Positions 17,846-27,652 are shown, counted from the stretch's first letter. The stretch is 43,783 nt of DNA from an uncultured Bacilli bacterium (GCA_944329355.1 CALVID010000005.1:1-43783); one strand, 5' to 3'. Notes: generated by a model not told the origin, from the letters alone. Numbers and translations are program-made.

Positions 17846-17921
17846 TGGCGGTTCCGACGGGAATTGAACCCGCGATCTTCTGCGTGACAGGCAGACGTGA
17901 TAACCGCTACACTACGGAACC
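17846..17921 (-). tRNA. tRNA-Asp (GUC)
   Basis: Reverse complement GGTTCCG...TCTGC-CTGTCAC-GCAGA...CGGAACCGCCA. Confidence 0.9.
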
Positions 17922-17922
17922 A

Positions 17923-17999
<77 letters not shown>

Positions 18000-18012
18000 A
18001 TATAAATTTAAA

Positions 18013-18103
18013 TGGCGGAGAAAGAGGGATTCGAACCCCCGCGCCGTTTCCGACCTCCCGGTTTTCAAGACCGGTCCCTTCAACCAGACTTGGGTATTTC
18101 TCC
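18013..18103 (-). tRNA. tRNA-Ser (UGA), long variable arm
   Basis: Reverse complement GGAGAAA...CCGGT-CTTGAAA-ACCGG plus an extra arm; 91 nt. Confidence 0.88.
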
Positions 18104-18107
18104 ATGT

Positions 18108-18196
18108 TGGTGCCTGAGGCCGGACTTGAACCGGCACGGGATTTGACTCCCGCAGGATTTTAAGTCCTGTGCGTCTACCTATTTCGCCACTCAGGC
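18108..18196 (-). tRNA. tRNA-Leu (UAA), long variable arm
   Basis: Reverse complement GCCTGAG...CAGGA-CTTAAAA-TCCTG plus an extra arm; 89 nt. Confidence 0.88.
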
Positions 18197-18234
18197 ATTT
18201 AAAAGTCTTAAAGTAGACTTTAGTAACAATAAAA

Positions 18235-18310
18235 TGGTGGCCTGTCCGGGATTCGAACCCGGGACCCTTTGATTAAAAGTCAAATGCTCTACCGACTGAG
18301 CTAACAGACC
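18235..18310 (-). tRNA. tRNA-Lys (UUU)
   Basis: Reverse complement GGTCTGT...TTTGA-CTTTTAA-TCAAA...ACAGGCCACCA. Confidence 0.9.
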
Positions 18311-18312
18311 AT

Positions 18313-18387
18313 TGGTTGCCTCGGCTAGATTCGAACTAGCGAATGCCACAGTCAAAGTGTGGTGCCTTACCGCTTGGCTACGAGGCA
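18313..18387 (-). tRNA. tRNA-Gln (UUG)
   Basis: Reverse complement TGCCTCG...CCACA-CTTTGAC-TGTGG...CGAGGCAACCA. Confidence 0.88.
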
Positions 18388-18394
18388 ATAAAAG

Positions 18395-18478
18395 TGGTGG
18401 AGAGAGATGGATTCGAACCATCGAACCCGAAGGAACAGATTTACAGTCTGCCGCGTTTAACCACTTCGCTACCTCTCC
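18395..18478 (-). tRNA. tRNA-Tyr (GUA), long variable arm
   Basis: Reverse complement GGAGAGG...GCAGA-CTGTAAA-TCTGT...; 84 nt. Confidence 0.88.
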
Positions 18479-18511
18479 AAGTAACTTATTTAATTTTATT
18501 ATTTCTTATTT

Positions 18512-18586
18512 TGGTTGCCTCGGCTGGATTCGAACTAGCGCATGTCGCATTCAGAGTGCGATGCCTTACCACTTGGCTACGAGGCA
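18512..18586 (-). tRNA. tRNA-Gln (CUG)
   Basis: Reverse complement TGCCTCG...TCGCA-CTCTGAA-TGCGA...CGAGGCAACCA. It has the same acceptor stem as the UUG copy and an A:C mismatch in the T stem. Confidence 0.82.
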
Positions 18587-18594
18587 ATATAAAA

Positions 18595-18670
<76 letters not shown>

Positions 18671-18677
18671 AAAAAAA

Positions 18678-18754
18678 TGGTGGGCGCTATAGGACTCGAA
18701 CCTATGACCCCCTGCTTGTAAGGCAGGTGCTCTAACCAACTGAGCTAAGCGCCC
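18678..18754 (-). tRNA. tRNA-Val (UAC)
   Basis: Reverse complement GGGCGCT...CCTGC-CTTACAA-GCAGG...AGCGCCCACCA. Confidence 0.9.
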
Positions 18755-18778
18755 AAATTAACTCCCTAGACAAATATG

Positions 18779-18807
18779 ATTATATTATTTATAAGGTTAT
18801 TTGTCAA
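18779..18807 (-). promoter_or_regulatory. consensus SigA promoter of the tRNA array
   Basis: On the minus strand: TTGACA (18802-18807), a 17-nt spacer, and TATAAT (18779-18784), 24 nt upstream of tRNA-Val. The -35 element overlaps the 3' end of the S1-domain gene. Confidence 0.6.
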
Positions 18808-19174
18808 TAGTATTTTTTTGTTTTTTTTGTTTTTTTAATTGTTTGTCTATCCAAATCGGTAATTTTTTGTTTAAAGTGCTAAAACCATGTGGTGTTTCAA
18901 TTATTTTTCGACGTTTTGGTTTTCCATTTATTTTATAATTGATGTTTTTTATACTTAATTTTAGATGAGCTTCTTCATTATCAATATCTAATATTTCTAC
19001 ATATATGTGATCTCCAACATTTAAAAAATCGTGTATATCTTTTACATATCCTTTTGATATTTCAGATATATGTATTAACCCTGTATAATATTCATCAAAA
19101 GACATGAAAGCACCATAAGGTTCTATACATGTAACTGTTCCTTTTACTACTTTTCCTTTCGTATATTTGGTCAT
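18797..19174 (-). CDS. S1 RNA-binding domain protein (YugI/general-stress-protein-13-like)
   Basis: Contains GKVVKGTVTCIEPYGAFMSF...GLIHISEIS..YVKDIHDFLNVGD. The start is set at ATG 19174, which has a GAGGTG RBS. Confidence 0.8.
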   Translation of the reverse strand: MTKYTKGKVVKGTVTCIEPYGAFMSFDEYYTGLIHISEISKGYVKDIHDFLNVGDHIYVEILDIDNEEAHLKLSIKNINYKINGKPKRRKIIETPHGFSTLNKKLPIWIDKQLKKQKKQKNTIDK

Positions 19175-19267
19175 AAAACACACCTCTTTTTCATTATATC
19201 ACATTTTTATGTGATGAAAAAGTTTACCTATTAAACTATTTGGTATATAATAACATTGGTGATTTGA

Positions 19268-19495
19268 ATGAATGATGAAGAAAAAATTATAGAGATTATA
19301 AATAAACTTAGACCTTACCTACTTGGTGATGGTGGTGATATCGAGTTTGTTAAATATGAAAATAATATTGTTTATATAAAAATGCTTGGAGCTTGTGCTG
19401 GATGTGCACTTATTGATTATACTTTAAAAGATGGTATTGAAACAGCTATTAAAGAGGAAGTGCCGGATGTTAAAGAGGTTATTAATATTGCTTAA
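19268..19495 (+). CDS. NifU/Nfu-type Fe-S cluster assembly domain protein
   Basis: 75 aa with LRPYLLGDGGDIEFVKYENNIVYIKMLGACAGC. Confidence 0.8.
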   Translation: MNDEEKIIEIINKLRPYLLGDGGDIEFVKYENNIVYIKMLGACAGCALIDYTLKDGIETAIKEEVPDVKEVINIA

Positions 19496-19496
19496 A

Positions 19497-20390
19497 TTAT
19501 TCTAACCATTCTATTTTATTTATAGGTAGAAATGTTTTGTAATATTGATATATTTTTTTTATTATATTTTCAAAATCATCAGCTTTTGAGATGATTTTTT
19601 CTATTGCTTTATCATCTTTTCTATCAGTTATGATTTCTTCATATAAATCGAAATAATAAGTCGGATATATTAATCTAGCTAAAAATAAATAATATTCATA
19701 TGTACTTAATTTTTCATTATTGAAGTAATTGGCCAAATCTAATGTTATATTTTCGCCATTAAAAAATTTGCTTTTTAAATATTCGGCTATATCTCTTACT
19801 TTATAATCAACCATTATGTTTAATGGGTTATATAAATCATACTGTGTATCATCACTATTTATTCTTTTATGACTATAGAATATATTAACATTTGTTTTTT
19901 CTATCGAATTAACCATTTGAATAGCAGTTTCGCCTAGACCTATATAATAACTGAAACTTTCTGTAATTACAGGGTGACTTTTTCCAAGCTGGCTTATTTG
20001 ATATTCTAAATAATCACTTTTGTTGGACCATAGTTCACCCCAATTTGTGGTTGTTTTTATATTACTAATTTTATTTGTAAAAAATAAAACATCATTTAAT
20101 GTTATTTTATTTTTATAATAAATAGTGTTCATTAATATATAAGGTTCGTTATTTATAAATGTAAGTATTTGATTTTGAGTATTTAGAATTATAGGATGAA
20201 CATAAAAATTTTGATTTAAAAGGTACATATGAGTATCATATATTGTTTGAATGTTTTTAGGATCATCAAGGTATTTTGTTAAGAAATATCTTCTTTGATT
20301 AACTGTGAAATAATAACCTTTGTCGTTTTGATAAATATTGTCAGGATACAAATTATAATAATAATTAATGGCATTTTTCATGGTATGCAC
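19497..20390 (-). CDS. CotS/YutH-like spore-coat kinase-fold protein (tentative)
   Basis: 297 aa. The N-terminal pattern YYYNLYPDNIY..DKGYYFTVNQRRYFLTKY and its position next to a CotZ/CotY-like gene support the call. This is a weak, memory-based call. Confidence 0.35.
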   Translation of the reverse strand: MHTMKNAINYYYNLYPDNIYQNDKGYYFTVNQRRYFLTKYLDDPKNIQTIYDTHMYLLNQNFYVHPIILNTQNQILTFINNEPYILMNTIYYKNKITLNDVLFFTNKISNIKTTTNWGELWSNKSDYLEYQISQLGKSHPVITESFSYYIGLGETAIQMVNSIEKTNVNIFYSHKRINSDDTQYDLYNPLNIMVDYKVRDIAEYLKSKFFNGENITLDLANYFNNEKLSTYEYYLFLARLIYPTYYFDLYEEIITDRKDDKAIEKIISKADDFENIIKKIYQYYKTFLPINKIEWLE

Positions 20391-20514
20391 CTCAATTAAT
20401 TTTATGAAAATAGTTTTTAGACAATTACTTTAAATTTAATATTTGGGTTTTTGATGTGTACCTTATTTTATTTTTAGAATATGTTATATTGAGAATAAAG
20501 AAGGGGTGGATTAT

Positions 20515-20952
20515 ATGTGTAATAATTCTAATGATAGTTCATGCATTGCAGAAATACTTACAGTGATTAATATTTTACAATGTAATGCACAATGCCCAGA
20601 TCCTTGTTTAGATACTTGTGATCGTGGTTTTTTAGGCAATACTGTCTCTACGTTAGGCCTTAATACACGTCCTGTTATGCTTTATACTTGTGCAGGAAAT
20701 GGTACTCCATGGAGTATGCCAACAACTAAAGAAAATATTGATTGTTCAAGTGTAGGAGCAACATGTTCAAATGTATTTAGGGTTGAAAAAGTTGATGGTG
20801 AATGTGCTACATTTAGAGTACTTGCCACAAATACAGATCCAACAACATCTGGAACAAATCCTTATGTAGCTACTAATTCATTTTTCACAATGAATTTGGA
20901 CTGTGTATGTGCATTAAAATGTTTAAACGATACAACTGTTGAAGGAGTTTAA
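20515..20952 (+). CDS. CotZ/CotY-family Cys-rich spore coat/exosporium protein
   Basis: Contains SSCIAEIL..I..LQ, NTRPVMLYT and FRVEKVDGECATFRVL, plus 15 Cys residues. The start is ATG 20515 after an AAGGGGTGG RBS. Confidence 0.7.
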   Translation: MCNNSNDSSCIAEILTVINILQCNAQCPDPCLDTCDRGFLGNTVSTLGLNTRPVMLYTCAGNGTPWSMPTTKENIDCSSVGATCSNVFRVEKVDGECATFRVLATNTDPTTSGTNPYVATNSFFTMNLDCVCALKCLNDTTVEGV

Positions 20953-20963
20953 CATTGCTTTTT

Positions 20964-21001
20964 AAAATCCCGTCTTTTTATAATAAAGGCGGGATTTTTT
21001 T
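20964..21001. terminator. bidirectional stem-loop between the convergent cotZ-like and trpS genes
   Basis: ATCCCGTC...GGCGGGAT, flanked by an A-run upstream and a T-run downstream. Confidence 0.55.
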
Positions 21002-22019
21002 AATCAAAATAATTAATTTTCATATTTGTTTTTACTTCTTTTATTGTTTCTTCTGCTACCTTTTTAGCTCTTTCAGACCCTTCTTTCAATATACTTTCAA
21101 CAATTTCTGGATGTGCTTCATAATATTGTCGTTTTTCAGCAATTGGTTTTAAAAACTCTACCATTTTTTTTATTAATTCTTTTTTACAAGCAACACACCC
21201 TCTTTTTCCTTCTTTACATTCTTGGCACACCGTTTTTAAATTTTCATTTTTTATTAGTTTATGATAATAATAAACCATACAGATTTCTGGATTAGCTGGA
21301 TCATCTATTTTAATTTTATTTGGATCAGTGATTGCACTCATAATTTTTTTCTGGATAGTTGATAAATCATCAGCTAGAAAAATAGCGTTTCCCAAACTTT
21401 TACCCATCTTTTCATTACCATCTAAACCTTTAATTCTTGGAATTTCGCTTAAGTAAGCTTCGGGTTCAACTAATGTGTTACCATAAATACTATTGAATTT
21501 ATGGACTATTTCACGACATTGTTCTAACAAAGGCAATTGATCTTCTCCTACTGGAACTAAATTTCCTTTAAATGCCGTTATATCGGCTGCTTGGCTGACA
21601 GGATAACCTAAAAAACCATAAGTTATACTTTCGCCTGACTCACCAAATAACTCTTTTTTTTGCTTAATTTCATTTTTTACCGTTGGGTTTCTTTGCAATC
21701 TAGCTATAGTTACCAAGTTAGAATAAAAAACAGTTAATTCAGCAATTTCAGGAATGGTTGATTGGATAAATAAAGTTGCTTTATTAGGGTCAATCCCTAT
21801 TGATAATAAGTCAATGACTAAATCTTTAACACTTTTTCTAACCTTATCTGGATTATTGAAATTATCGGTTAAAGCTTGAACATCCGCAATTTCAATATAC
21901 GTGTCAAATTTATCTTGTAATTTAACCCAGTTTTGTCCTGCCCCAAAATAATGACCCAAGTGTAAGTGCCCAGTTGGTCTAATACCTGTTAAAATTGTTT
22001 GTTTTTTCATTTTCATCAC
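21000..22019 (-). CDS. trpS: tryptophan--tRNA ligase
   Basis: 339 aa with the HIGH-type motif TGHLHLGHY and the KMSKS-type motif KMGKS. It also has the Cys cluster C-x17-C-x2-C-x6-C-x2-C. Confidence 0.88.
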   Translation of the reverse strand: MMKMKKQTILTGIRPTGHLHLGHYFGAGQNWVKLQDKFDTYIEIADVQALTDNFNNPDKVRKSVKDLVIDLLSIGIDPNKATLFIQSTIPEIAELTVFYSNLVTIARLQRNPTVKNEIKQKKELFGESGESITYGFLGYPVSQAADITAFKGNLVPVGEDQLPLLEQCREIVHKFNSIYGNTLVEPEAYLSEIPRIKGLDGNEKMGKSLGNAIFLADDLSTIQKKIMSAITDPNKIKIDDPANPEICMVYYYHKLIKNENLKTVCQECKEGKRGCVACKKELIKKMVEFLKPIAEKRQYYEAHPEIVESILKEGSERAKKVAEETIKEVKTNMKINYFD

Positions 22020-22090
22020 CTTTTTTACATTATACTATATTATGTTTTGTACAACAAGTAAAACTAAAAAGCAACATATTTTGGTTGCTC

Positions 22091-22657
22091 TTAGTAAAGA
22101 TTTTCTTTGTTATAACTAATAATTTCTCCTGAATTACTGTTAATTTCATAACTATATTCTTGATTATTATAAATAAATTCTAAATCATATATTAATTTTC
22201 TATCATCATAATCTTTTTTTATTTCAGTAAATATTACATCTGAATCATTTAGTTTAGAATGTTCTAAAGCAATTTTTTTTGCATCATCTATAGTAATATT
22301 TGAAGATCCATCTGTATTAGTGTTAGTTTTTGAATCATTATTATTTTCAAAATTTTCTTTATTATTCAATAATTTAAAGTCATTATAAATTATTTGTCCA
22401 GTTTTAGCATTTATTTTGTATTCATATTCGGTATTTTGGTTAATATAATAAAATTCGACTTCATAAAGATTTTCCTCAATTTCTAATTCAACCTTTGTAA
22501 AATGAATCTTATTTCTATCAATTCCAATATCTTTGAGAACAATTTCTCTGACTTCTTCTTTACTTAAATAAGTTAATTTATAGTAAACAAAAATACCTAA
22601 TCCAATTAATAGTAATATACCTAAAACACTTAAAATAATTATAAATGGTTTTTTCAT
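22091..22657 (-). CDS. membrane-anchored protein with two PepSY domains
   Basis: An N-terminal TM helix followed by two repeats ending in YEYKINAKTGQII and YSYEINSNSGEII. Confidence 0.7.
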   Translation of the reverse strand: MKKPFIIILSVLGILLLIGLGIFVYYKLTYLSKEEVREIVLKDIGIDRNKIHFTKVELEIEENLYEVEFYYINQNTEYEYKINAKTGQIIYNDFKLLNNKENFENNNDSKTNTNTDGSSNITIDDAKKIALEHSKLNDSDVIFTEIKKDYDDRKLIYDLEFIYNNQEYSYEINSNSGEIISYNKENLY

Positions 22658-22703
22658 AATATACCTCCAATTTTATTTTATCATAAATAGTGTTAATATA
22701 AAC

Positions 22704-23957
22704 TCAGTAAATACTACGTGGGGTTTTAATTATATAAATATATAGTGCGATCAAAAATTCATTGCTGAATGGCAAGACATATTTAAAAGATATTTCATTT
22801 TTTTCTATTTGGTTATAAAAATATTTAACTATTTTTCGGCGATCAATAAGATTTTCTAATTTTTTATTTTTTAATCCATTAGCAATTTCTTCTAATTCTA
22901 CGGCTGGAGTATTAGATAAAGCTGTTAATAGTCCTTTATTGTAACTTTTAATATTATATATATTTGATTCATCAAAATTGAATGTTTTTCCGGCAATTTC
23001 AACTAAATTATTAAAATTATTATATAAAATTTTATTATTTAAAATCTCTTTAAATACATCTGAATGAAAAACTTTGTTTAATAATTTGCTGTCTGTATTT
23101 TTAAATATATTTGTTAGTTTTTCTTCGTATTTATTGATATATTTATTGTAGTTTTTTATTAAATTGTATTTTCGGAAAGTGAATTTGTTTCCTTCTAATT
23201 TTCCAAAGGTTTTCATAGTATCATTATAACCAAATTTTATAGCTCTTCTAGCCTGGTTTTTATCAAATACTAAAAATGATCCAATTTTATTTCTTGGAGA
23301 AATATAAGTAACTTCGACATCTTTATTTTTAATGGTTTTTTTAAATCCAATAGCCCTTAAGTCAACAGCAATTATTTCCGTAGCTCCTAAATCTATGGCC
23401 AAGTTTATTGGTAAGTTATCATAATATCCGCCATCTATATACATTTCATTATTAATAACATAAGGTTTAAAAGCTGGATAACAGGAAGCTGAAGATAACA
23501 CATAATCTTTTATATTCTTTGTAGTTAATTCTTTTTTTGTTATGAGTAAGGGCTTTCTTTTACTCAGGTTATAAGTAACAAGACCATAATCTATATTTGA
23601 GTGAAAAAATGTATAAGGTTTAAAGTAGTCGTCAAATATATTTTTCATTTTATAAATATCTAAGCCACCTTCATTGATAAATCCCTTAGCATATTGCAGA
23701 TATATTTTGGATAATTTTTCGTCTTCTATTGGGGGAAATTCGTTTTCATCATATATTGTTTTAAAGTTGACGTGGTCCCAAAAACTGAGTGCTCCTTTTA
23801 AATCTTTTTGGGCGATAAAAACTCCATTAATAGCCCCTATTGAAGTGCCGGTTACAATATTAATATCTTTTTTTAATTGCTTTAACGCTTTATATACGCC
23901 TATTTCATAAGCTCCTTTAGATCCCCCTCCTGAAAGGACTAATCCTAGCTTGCTCAT
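22704..23957 (-). CDS. patatin-like phospholipase
   Basis: Contains GLVLSGGGSKGAYEIGV (oxyanion hole), GTSIGA (GxSxG) and IDGGYYDN (the DGG motif). Confidence 0.85.
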   Translation of the reverse strand: MSKLGLVLSGGGSKGAYEIGVYKALKQLKKDINIVTGTSIGAINGVFIAQKDLKGALSFWDHVNFKTIYDENEFPPIEDEKLSKIYLQYAKGFINEGGLDIYKMKNIFDDYFKPYTFFHSNIDYGLVTYNLSKRKPLLITKKELTTKNIKDYVLSSASCYPAFKPYVINNEMYIDGGYYDNLPINLAIDLGATEIIAVDLRAIGFKKTIKNKDVEVTYISPRNKIGSFLVFDKNQARRAIKFGYNDTMKTFGKLEGNKFTFRKYNLIKNYNKYINKYEEKLTNIFKNTDSKLLNKVFHSDVFKEILNNKILYNNFNNLVEIAGKTFNFDESNIYNIKSYNKGLLTALSNTPAVELEEIANGLKNKKLENLIDRRKIVKYFYNQIEKNEISFKYVLPFSNEFLIALYIYIIKTPRSIY

Positions 23958-24065
23958 AATCACACTTCCTTTTGCTTATATTATACTACAAAGATCTAAA
24001 TTTTCATAATCTATAACTAGACTTTAAATAACAAATAAGGTAAAATGTTTCTTAGGTGAAGAAGT

Positions 24066-24722
24066 ATGATGGAATTTTACGATTTTATAACTTTATGTGC
24101 TTTATTTTTAGTGTATTCATTTTTAGGTTGGATTATTGAGGTTATTTTTACTTTTTTTGTCGAAGGGAAACTGGTTAATAGGGGGTTTTTGGTTGGTCCT
24201 TTAGTTCCTATTTGGGGAACTGGGGCAATTTTGATTACTTTAGTTTTAAAACCTGATGACAGTATATTTAGTTTAATTATTTCTTCAGCAGTTATCGGTA
24301 CTATTTTAGAATATATAGTAAATTATGTGATGGAAAAAATCTTTAAAGTTAGATGGTGGGATTATTCTCAATTCCCTTTTAATATTAATGGAAGAGTTTG
24401 TTTAATTACTTCATGTATGTTTGGTATTAGTGGTTTATTAGTAATAAAAGTGTTTAATCCTGTGTTTTTACATTTGTTCTTAATGATTAATAAATCGGTT
24501 TTTTATATATTAGTTTCTGTACTAGTGTTGCTAGTTTGTATAGATTTCGGAGTTTCATTTAATATTATTCAAAAGCTTAAATTTTCTTTTGATTCTGTTC
24601 ACAAGGATTATACCGAGGAAATTTCCAAACGAGTTAGGAATACATTAATGCATAAATCTATAGGTTTTAAAAGATTGTTGAAAGCTTTTCCGAATATAAA
24701 ATTTGGTATAAAGAAAAAATAG
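24066..24722 (+). CDS. polytopic membrane protein (DUF1113 / putative ABC-transporter type IV family)
   Basis: Contains YSFLGWIIEVIF and several TM segments. Confidence 0.6.
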   Translation: MMEFYDFITLCALFLVYSFLGWIIEVIFTFFVEGKLVNRGFLVGPLVPIWGTGAILITLVLKPDDSIFSLIISSAVIGTILEYIVNYVMEKIFKVRWWDYSQFPFNINGRVCLITSCMFGISGLLVIKVFNPVFLHLFLMINKSVFYILVSVLVLLVCIDFGVSFNIIQKLKFSFDSVHKDYTEEISKRVRNTLMHKSIGFKRLLKAFPNIKFGIKKK

Positions 24723-24730
24723 ATGTTGAT

Positions 24731-25942
24731 CTATTTTTTATATACACCAAATGATAAATCATTATTAAATTCTAGTTCAGTATTGGTAATTACCTTTCTT
24801 TCACCATATCTACTATAATAATAAAGGGTATTCCCGTTTAAGTAATAAATTGTATCATCTACATAAATTATACTGTTTAAATCTGTCGTTTGAAATAAAT
24901 ATGTTTTTAGTTTTTTATTTTGTATATTTATGCGATATACATTGTAAAAATTATTTTCTTTTTCATATACATAATAATTGTTATTTACTTTATCTACTTT
25001 ATCATAACCTTTTATATCATCTGTATAATATTTATTAAATTTTTTCTCGTTTAATGCTTCACTCAAACTAATATTTTCCCATTTTCCGTTATAAGTTTGA
25101 AGGTTGTTTTTATCATGGAATAATTCTACACTTTCGTTTTTTATGCTTATTTTATATTGCTTGGTAGCATCCTTATCAAATAAATATATATCACTACCTA
25201 GTGATCCAGCTATATATGAATCAAATGAAATGTCATCATAACTTCGTATGTCTATTTGATTTCCATTTATGATATTGATAACATGAAATATTTTAAAGGT
25301 ATAATTTTCTGTATAATCAGCTACAATATAATATTTGTCGGCAAAATAACTGATAGGTTTAGTGTATACATCATTATCAAAAATTTGAACATTGCTCTTT
25401 TTACCATTAAATAAATTTAGCCCTTTATAGGTTTCCATTGCTAGATAATGATTTTCCAAAAAATTATCTTCATATACTGTTTGTGTGTTTGAAAGTTTAA
25501 TTGGATCGGCTTTATCTTTATAATTGTTAGGGTCATAGTTGTATTTTTTTAATGTTTTTAAATAATCTTTTATTTTTTTATTATTCAATTTATAAGCATA
25601 GGTTATTGTATTATCTTTTAGGCACATTACATCTGTTAATAGTTTTCCGTTTTTAAATATTGGCAATATACATTGATAACCATCTATTTTTTTATAGTCT
25701 ATTTTACTGATTATTTTTTCAGCTTTATTATAATTTTGATTTATACTAAAATTCATTTTAAATTTTTCATGGGTTAATTCAAAATAATAGTTATTATTTT
25801 GTTTTGTTTTTAATTCTTCTTTTACTTTAAAATTACCTACATTATAAGTTATAGTATGTCCGTCATCAAATAAGAATAGAATAAATTTTAGAGCAAAGAA
25901 AACTACTGTAAATATTATTAATGTTTTAAATAAATACTTCAT
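24731..25942 (-). CDS. membrane-anchored hypothetical protein, beta-propeller-like (DUF5050-like, tentative)
   Basis: An N-terminal TM helix followed by Tyr/Asn-rich repeats (IYYLNGNTLYYY). Confidence 0.5.
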   Translation of the reverse strand: MKYLFKTLIIFTVVFFALKFILFLFDDGHTITYNVGNFKVKEELKTKQNNNYYFELTHEKFKMNFSINQNYNKAEKIISKIDYKKIDGYQCILPIFKNGKLLTDVMCLKDNTITYAYKLNNKKIKDYLKTLKKYNYDPNNYKDKADPIKLSNTQTVYEDNFLENHYLAMETYKGLNLFNGKKSNVQIFDNDVYTKPISYFADKYYIVADYTENYTFKIFHVINIINGNQIDIRSYDDISFDSYIAGSLGSDIYLFDKDATKQYKISIKNESVELFHDKNNLQTYNGKWENISLSEALNEKKFNKYYTDDIKGYDKVDKVNNNYYVYEKENNFYNVYRINIQNKKLKTYLFQTTDLNSIIYVDDTIYYLNGNTLYYYSRYGERKVITNTELEFNNDLSFGVYKK

Positions 25943-26005
25943 AGGACTTCCTCCTACTCATAATTATAAAGCATAGGGATATTTTTGTCCACAATAAAAC
26001 GGAGG

Positions 26006-26507
26006 TTATTTTTCTCCGTTTTCAGATATCTCTTTTAATTCTTTTTTTAATTTATCATGTTCTTCATAAGTTAATTCACTTTCATATTGTCTTTTTTCTT
26101 GCATCATATATTTTGATAAAACTGTTTCTATTTCTCTTAAAGCTTTTTTTGAAATAAATGTTAATGTAACTGTTTCTTTAACAGTATCAATGACTACTTT
26201 ACCCCAAAATAGGCCCATTTTTAAGGTTAAATCATTGAACATATCTGGGGTGATAGTATAGTAAAAATAGCCAAATATTAATCGTTTTTGGGCGAGGAGA
26301 ATTCTTTTGTCAGTTACCACTATAGCATACGTAGAGGTTATATTAAAAACACTAGGTAACTTTTGGGCAGCAAAAGCATATAAAACTTCTTCGTCGTCGT
26401 TGACGTGTTCAGCAGCAACTTTGCAGTGAGCTTTTAATCTCCAAGAGATAGTCATTGGAAATCTATTTTTAAAATCTCTTACTTTATTATAAATTGTTTT
26501 TAACATA
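26006..26507 (-). CDS. hypothetical protein (bacterial PH-domain-like, tentative)
   Basis: The start is set at ATG 26507, which has an AAGGAAG RBS. Contains EEVLYAF...VVTDKRILLAQKR. Confidence 0.5.
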
Positions 26508-26510
26508 TTA

Positions 26511-26768
26511 TTACTTCCTTTTCTTTGTTTTAACACTTTCTACTTTTACATCTTCAAAACGGTAGTGCTGTTCTATGTCTGGATATTTTTTGTGGTCTAT
26601 TTCTGATAAAAACATATCTAGTGGTCTTATCCATAGTTCATTATTACCATATAAAGCTCTATATACGACATATTCTTCATTGGTTTCTGATGATTTAGCG
26701 ACATCTAAAACTAAATAGTAATCACCTTTGAAATGTTTATAGATATGATTTTTTTTGATTTTTCTCAT
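26511..26768 (-). CDS. DUF1653-family protein
   Basis: Contains YKHFKGDYYLVLDVAKSSETNEEYVVYRALYG...LWIRPLDMF. Confidence 0.7.
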   Translation of the reverse strand: MRKIKKNHIYKHFKGDYYLVLDVAKSSETNEEYVVYRALYGNNELWIRPLDMFLSEIDHKKYPDIEQHYRFEDVKVESVKTKKRK

Positions 26769-26911
26769 TTGTTTTCCTCATTTCATTTATATTATACATT
26801 GTTTTATATATTAAAACAAGGTTTATAAGCCTTATTCAATTATGTTTATTTTCATATCAAAAAAATTACGCTGTAACGTAATTTTTTAATATATTTTCTA
26901 TTTTCTGCTGT

Positions 26912-27652
26912 TTATTCTTTTAGGAAGCTTACGGTTTCTTCAATTACCTCTTTATTTGAATCATCATAGAAACAGTGGGTAGCTTTTTCAATCAATTTGA
27001 TATCAATGTTTTTTGATTTAAGTTCTAAAGACTGTTTATATGGGACAACTAGGTCTAAGGTACCATGAAATATTTTTACTTTTCCTTTAAAATTTTGAAT
27101 TACTTTTTTTGCATCATATTTTTCGGCATCATTAAAGGTATTCATGTTAAATTTAACATTAGTATTACCAAAGGTCGCATAGCCTTTTTCTCTTATTTGT
27201 TTTAAAGCTTCTTCACCTAAAAAGTCTTTACAAAAATGATTTTGGGGATGGATAACATTGTTTTTAGCATCTATTAATGGACTCCATAAAACTAATTTAT
27301 CTACATCTATATGTTCGGTAAGTAAGGTAGCTAATCCACCACCATAGGAAGTTCCAACGATACTGATTTTTTTATGGGGATATTTTTTTAACAAGGTTAA
27401 AGCTTCATTTATGGCAATTTCCATAGTTAAATCTTCAGTATGACCATCTGAGTTTCCATGACCTAAATAGTCAAATCTTAATGAATCTACGTTACTTTGT
27501 AATAATTTTTCAGATAAAGTATCAAAGTTCCCTTTTTCATGCATATTTGAACCAAATCCATGAAGTAATAGAGCTAAGTGAGAATTATTTTCATGGGTAT
27601 ATATATAAGATATATAATTACCATTTATTTTTATTTTACTTTTTACAATCAT
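26912..27652 (-). CDS. alpha/beta-fold hydrolase
   Basis: Contains LLLHGFGSN and the nucleophile elbow GTSYGG. Confidence 0.75.
   Translation of the reverse strand: MIVKSKIKINGNYISYIYTHENNSHLALLLHGFGSNMHEKGNFDTLSEKLLQSNVDSLRFDYLGHGNSDGHTEDLTMEIAINEALTLLKKYPHKKISIVGTSYGGGLATLLTEHIDVDKLVLWSPLIDAKNNVIHPQNHFCKDFLGEEALKQIREKGYATFGNTNVKFNMNTFNDAEKYDAKKVIQNFKGKVKIFHGTLDLVVPYKQSLELKSKNIDIKLIEKATHCFYDDSNKEVIEETVSFLKE

Noticed and set aside
20955-21295. ORFs 20955-21152 and 21113-21295 on the plus strand
   Set aside because: They are antisense to the well-supported trpS gene, and the Phe/Leu-rich translations are typical of antisense reading of AT-rich coding DNA.
22020-22090. T-box riboswitch upstream of trpS
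   Set aside because: Only about 70 nt separate trpS from the upstream PepSY gene. This is too short for a T-box leader, and I saw no specifier-loop or T-box sequence. The hairpin there (AGCAACC...GGTTGCT) looks like the upstream gene's terminator.
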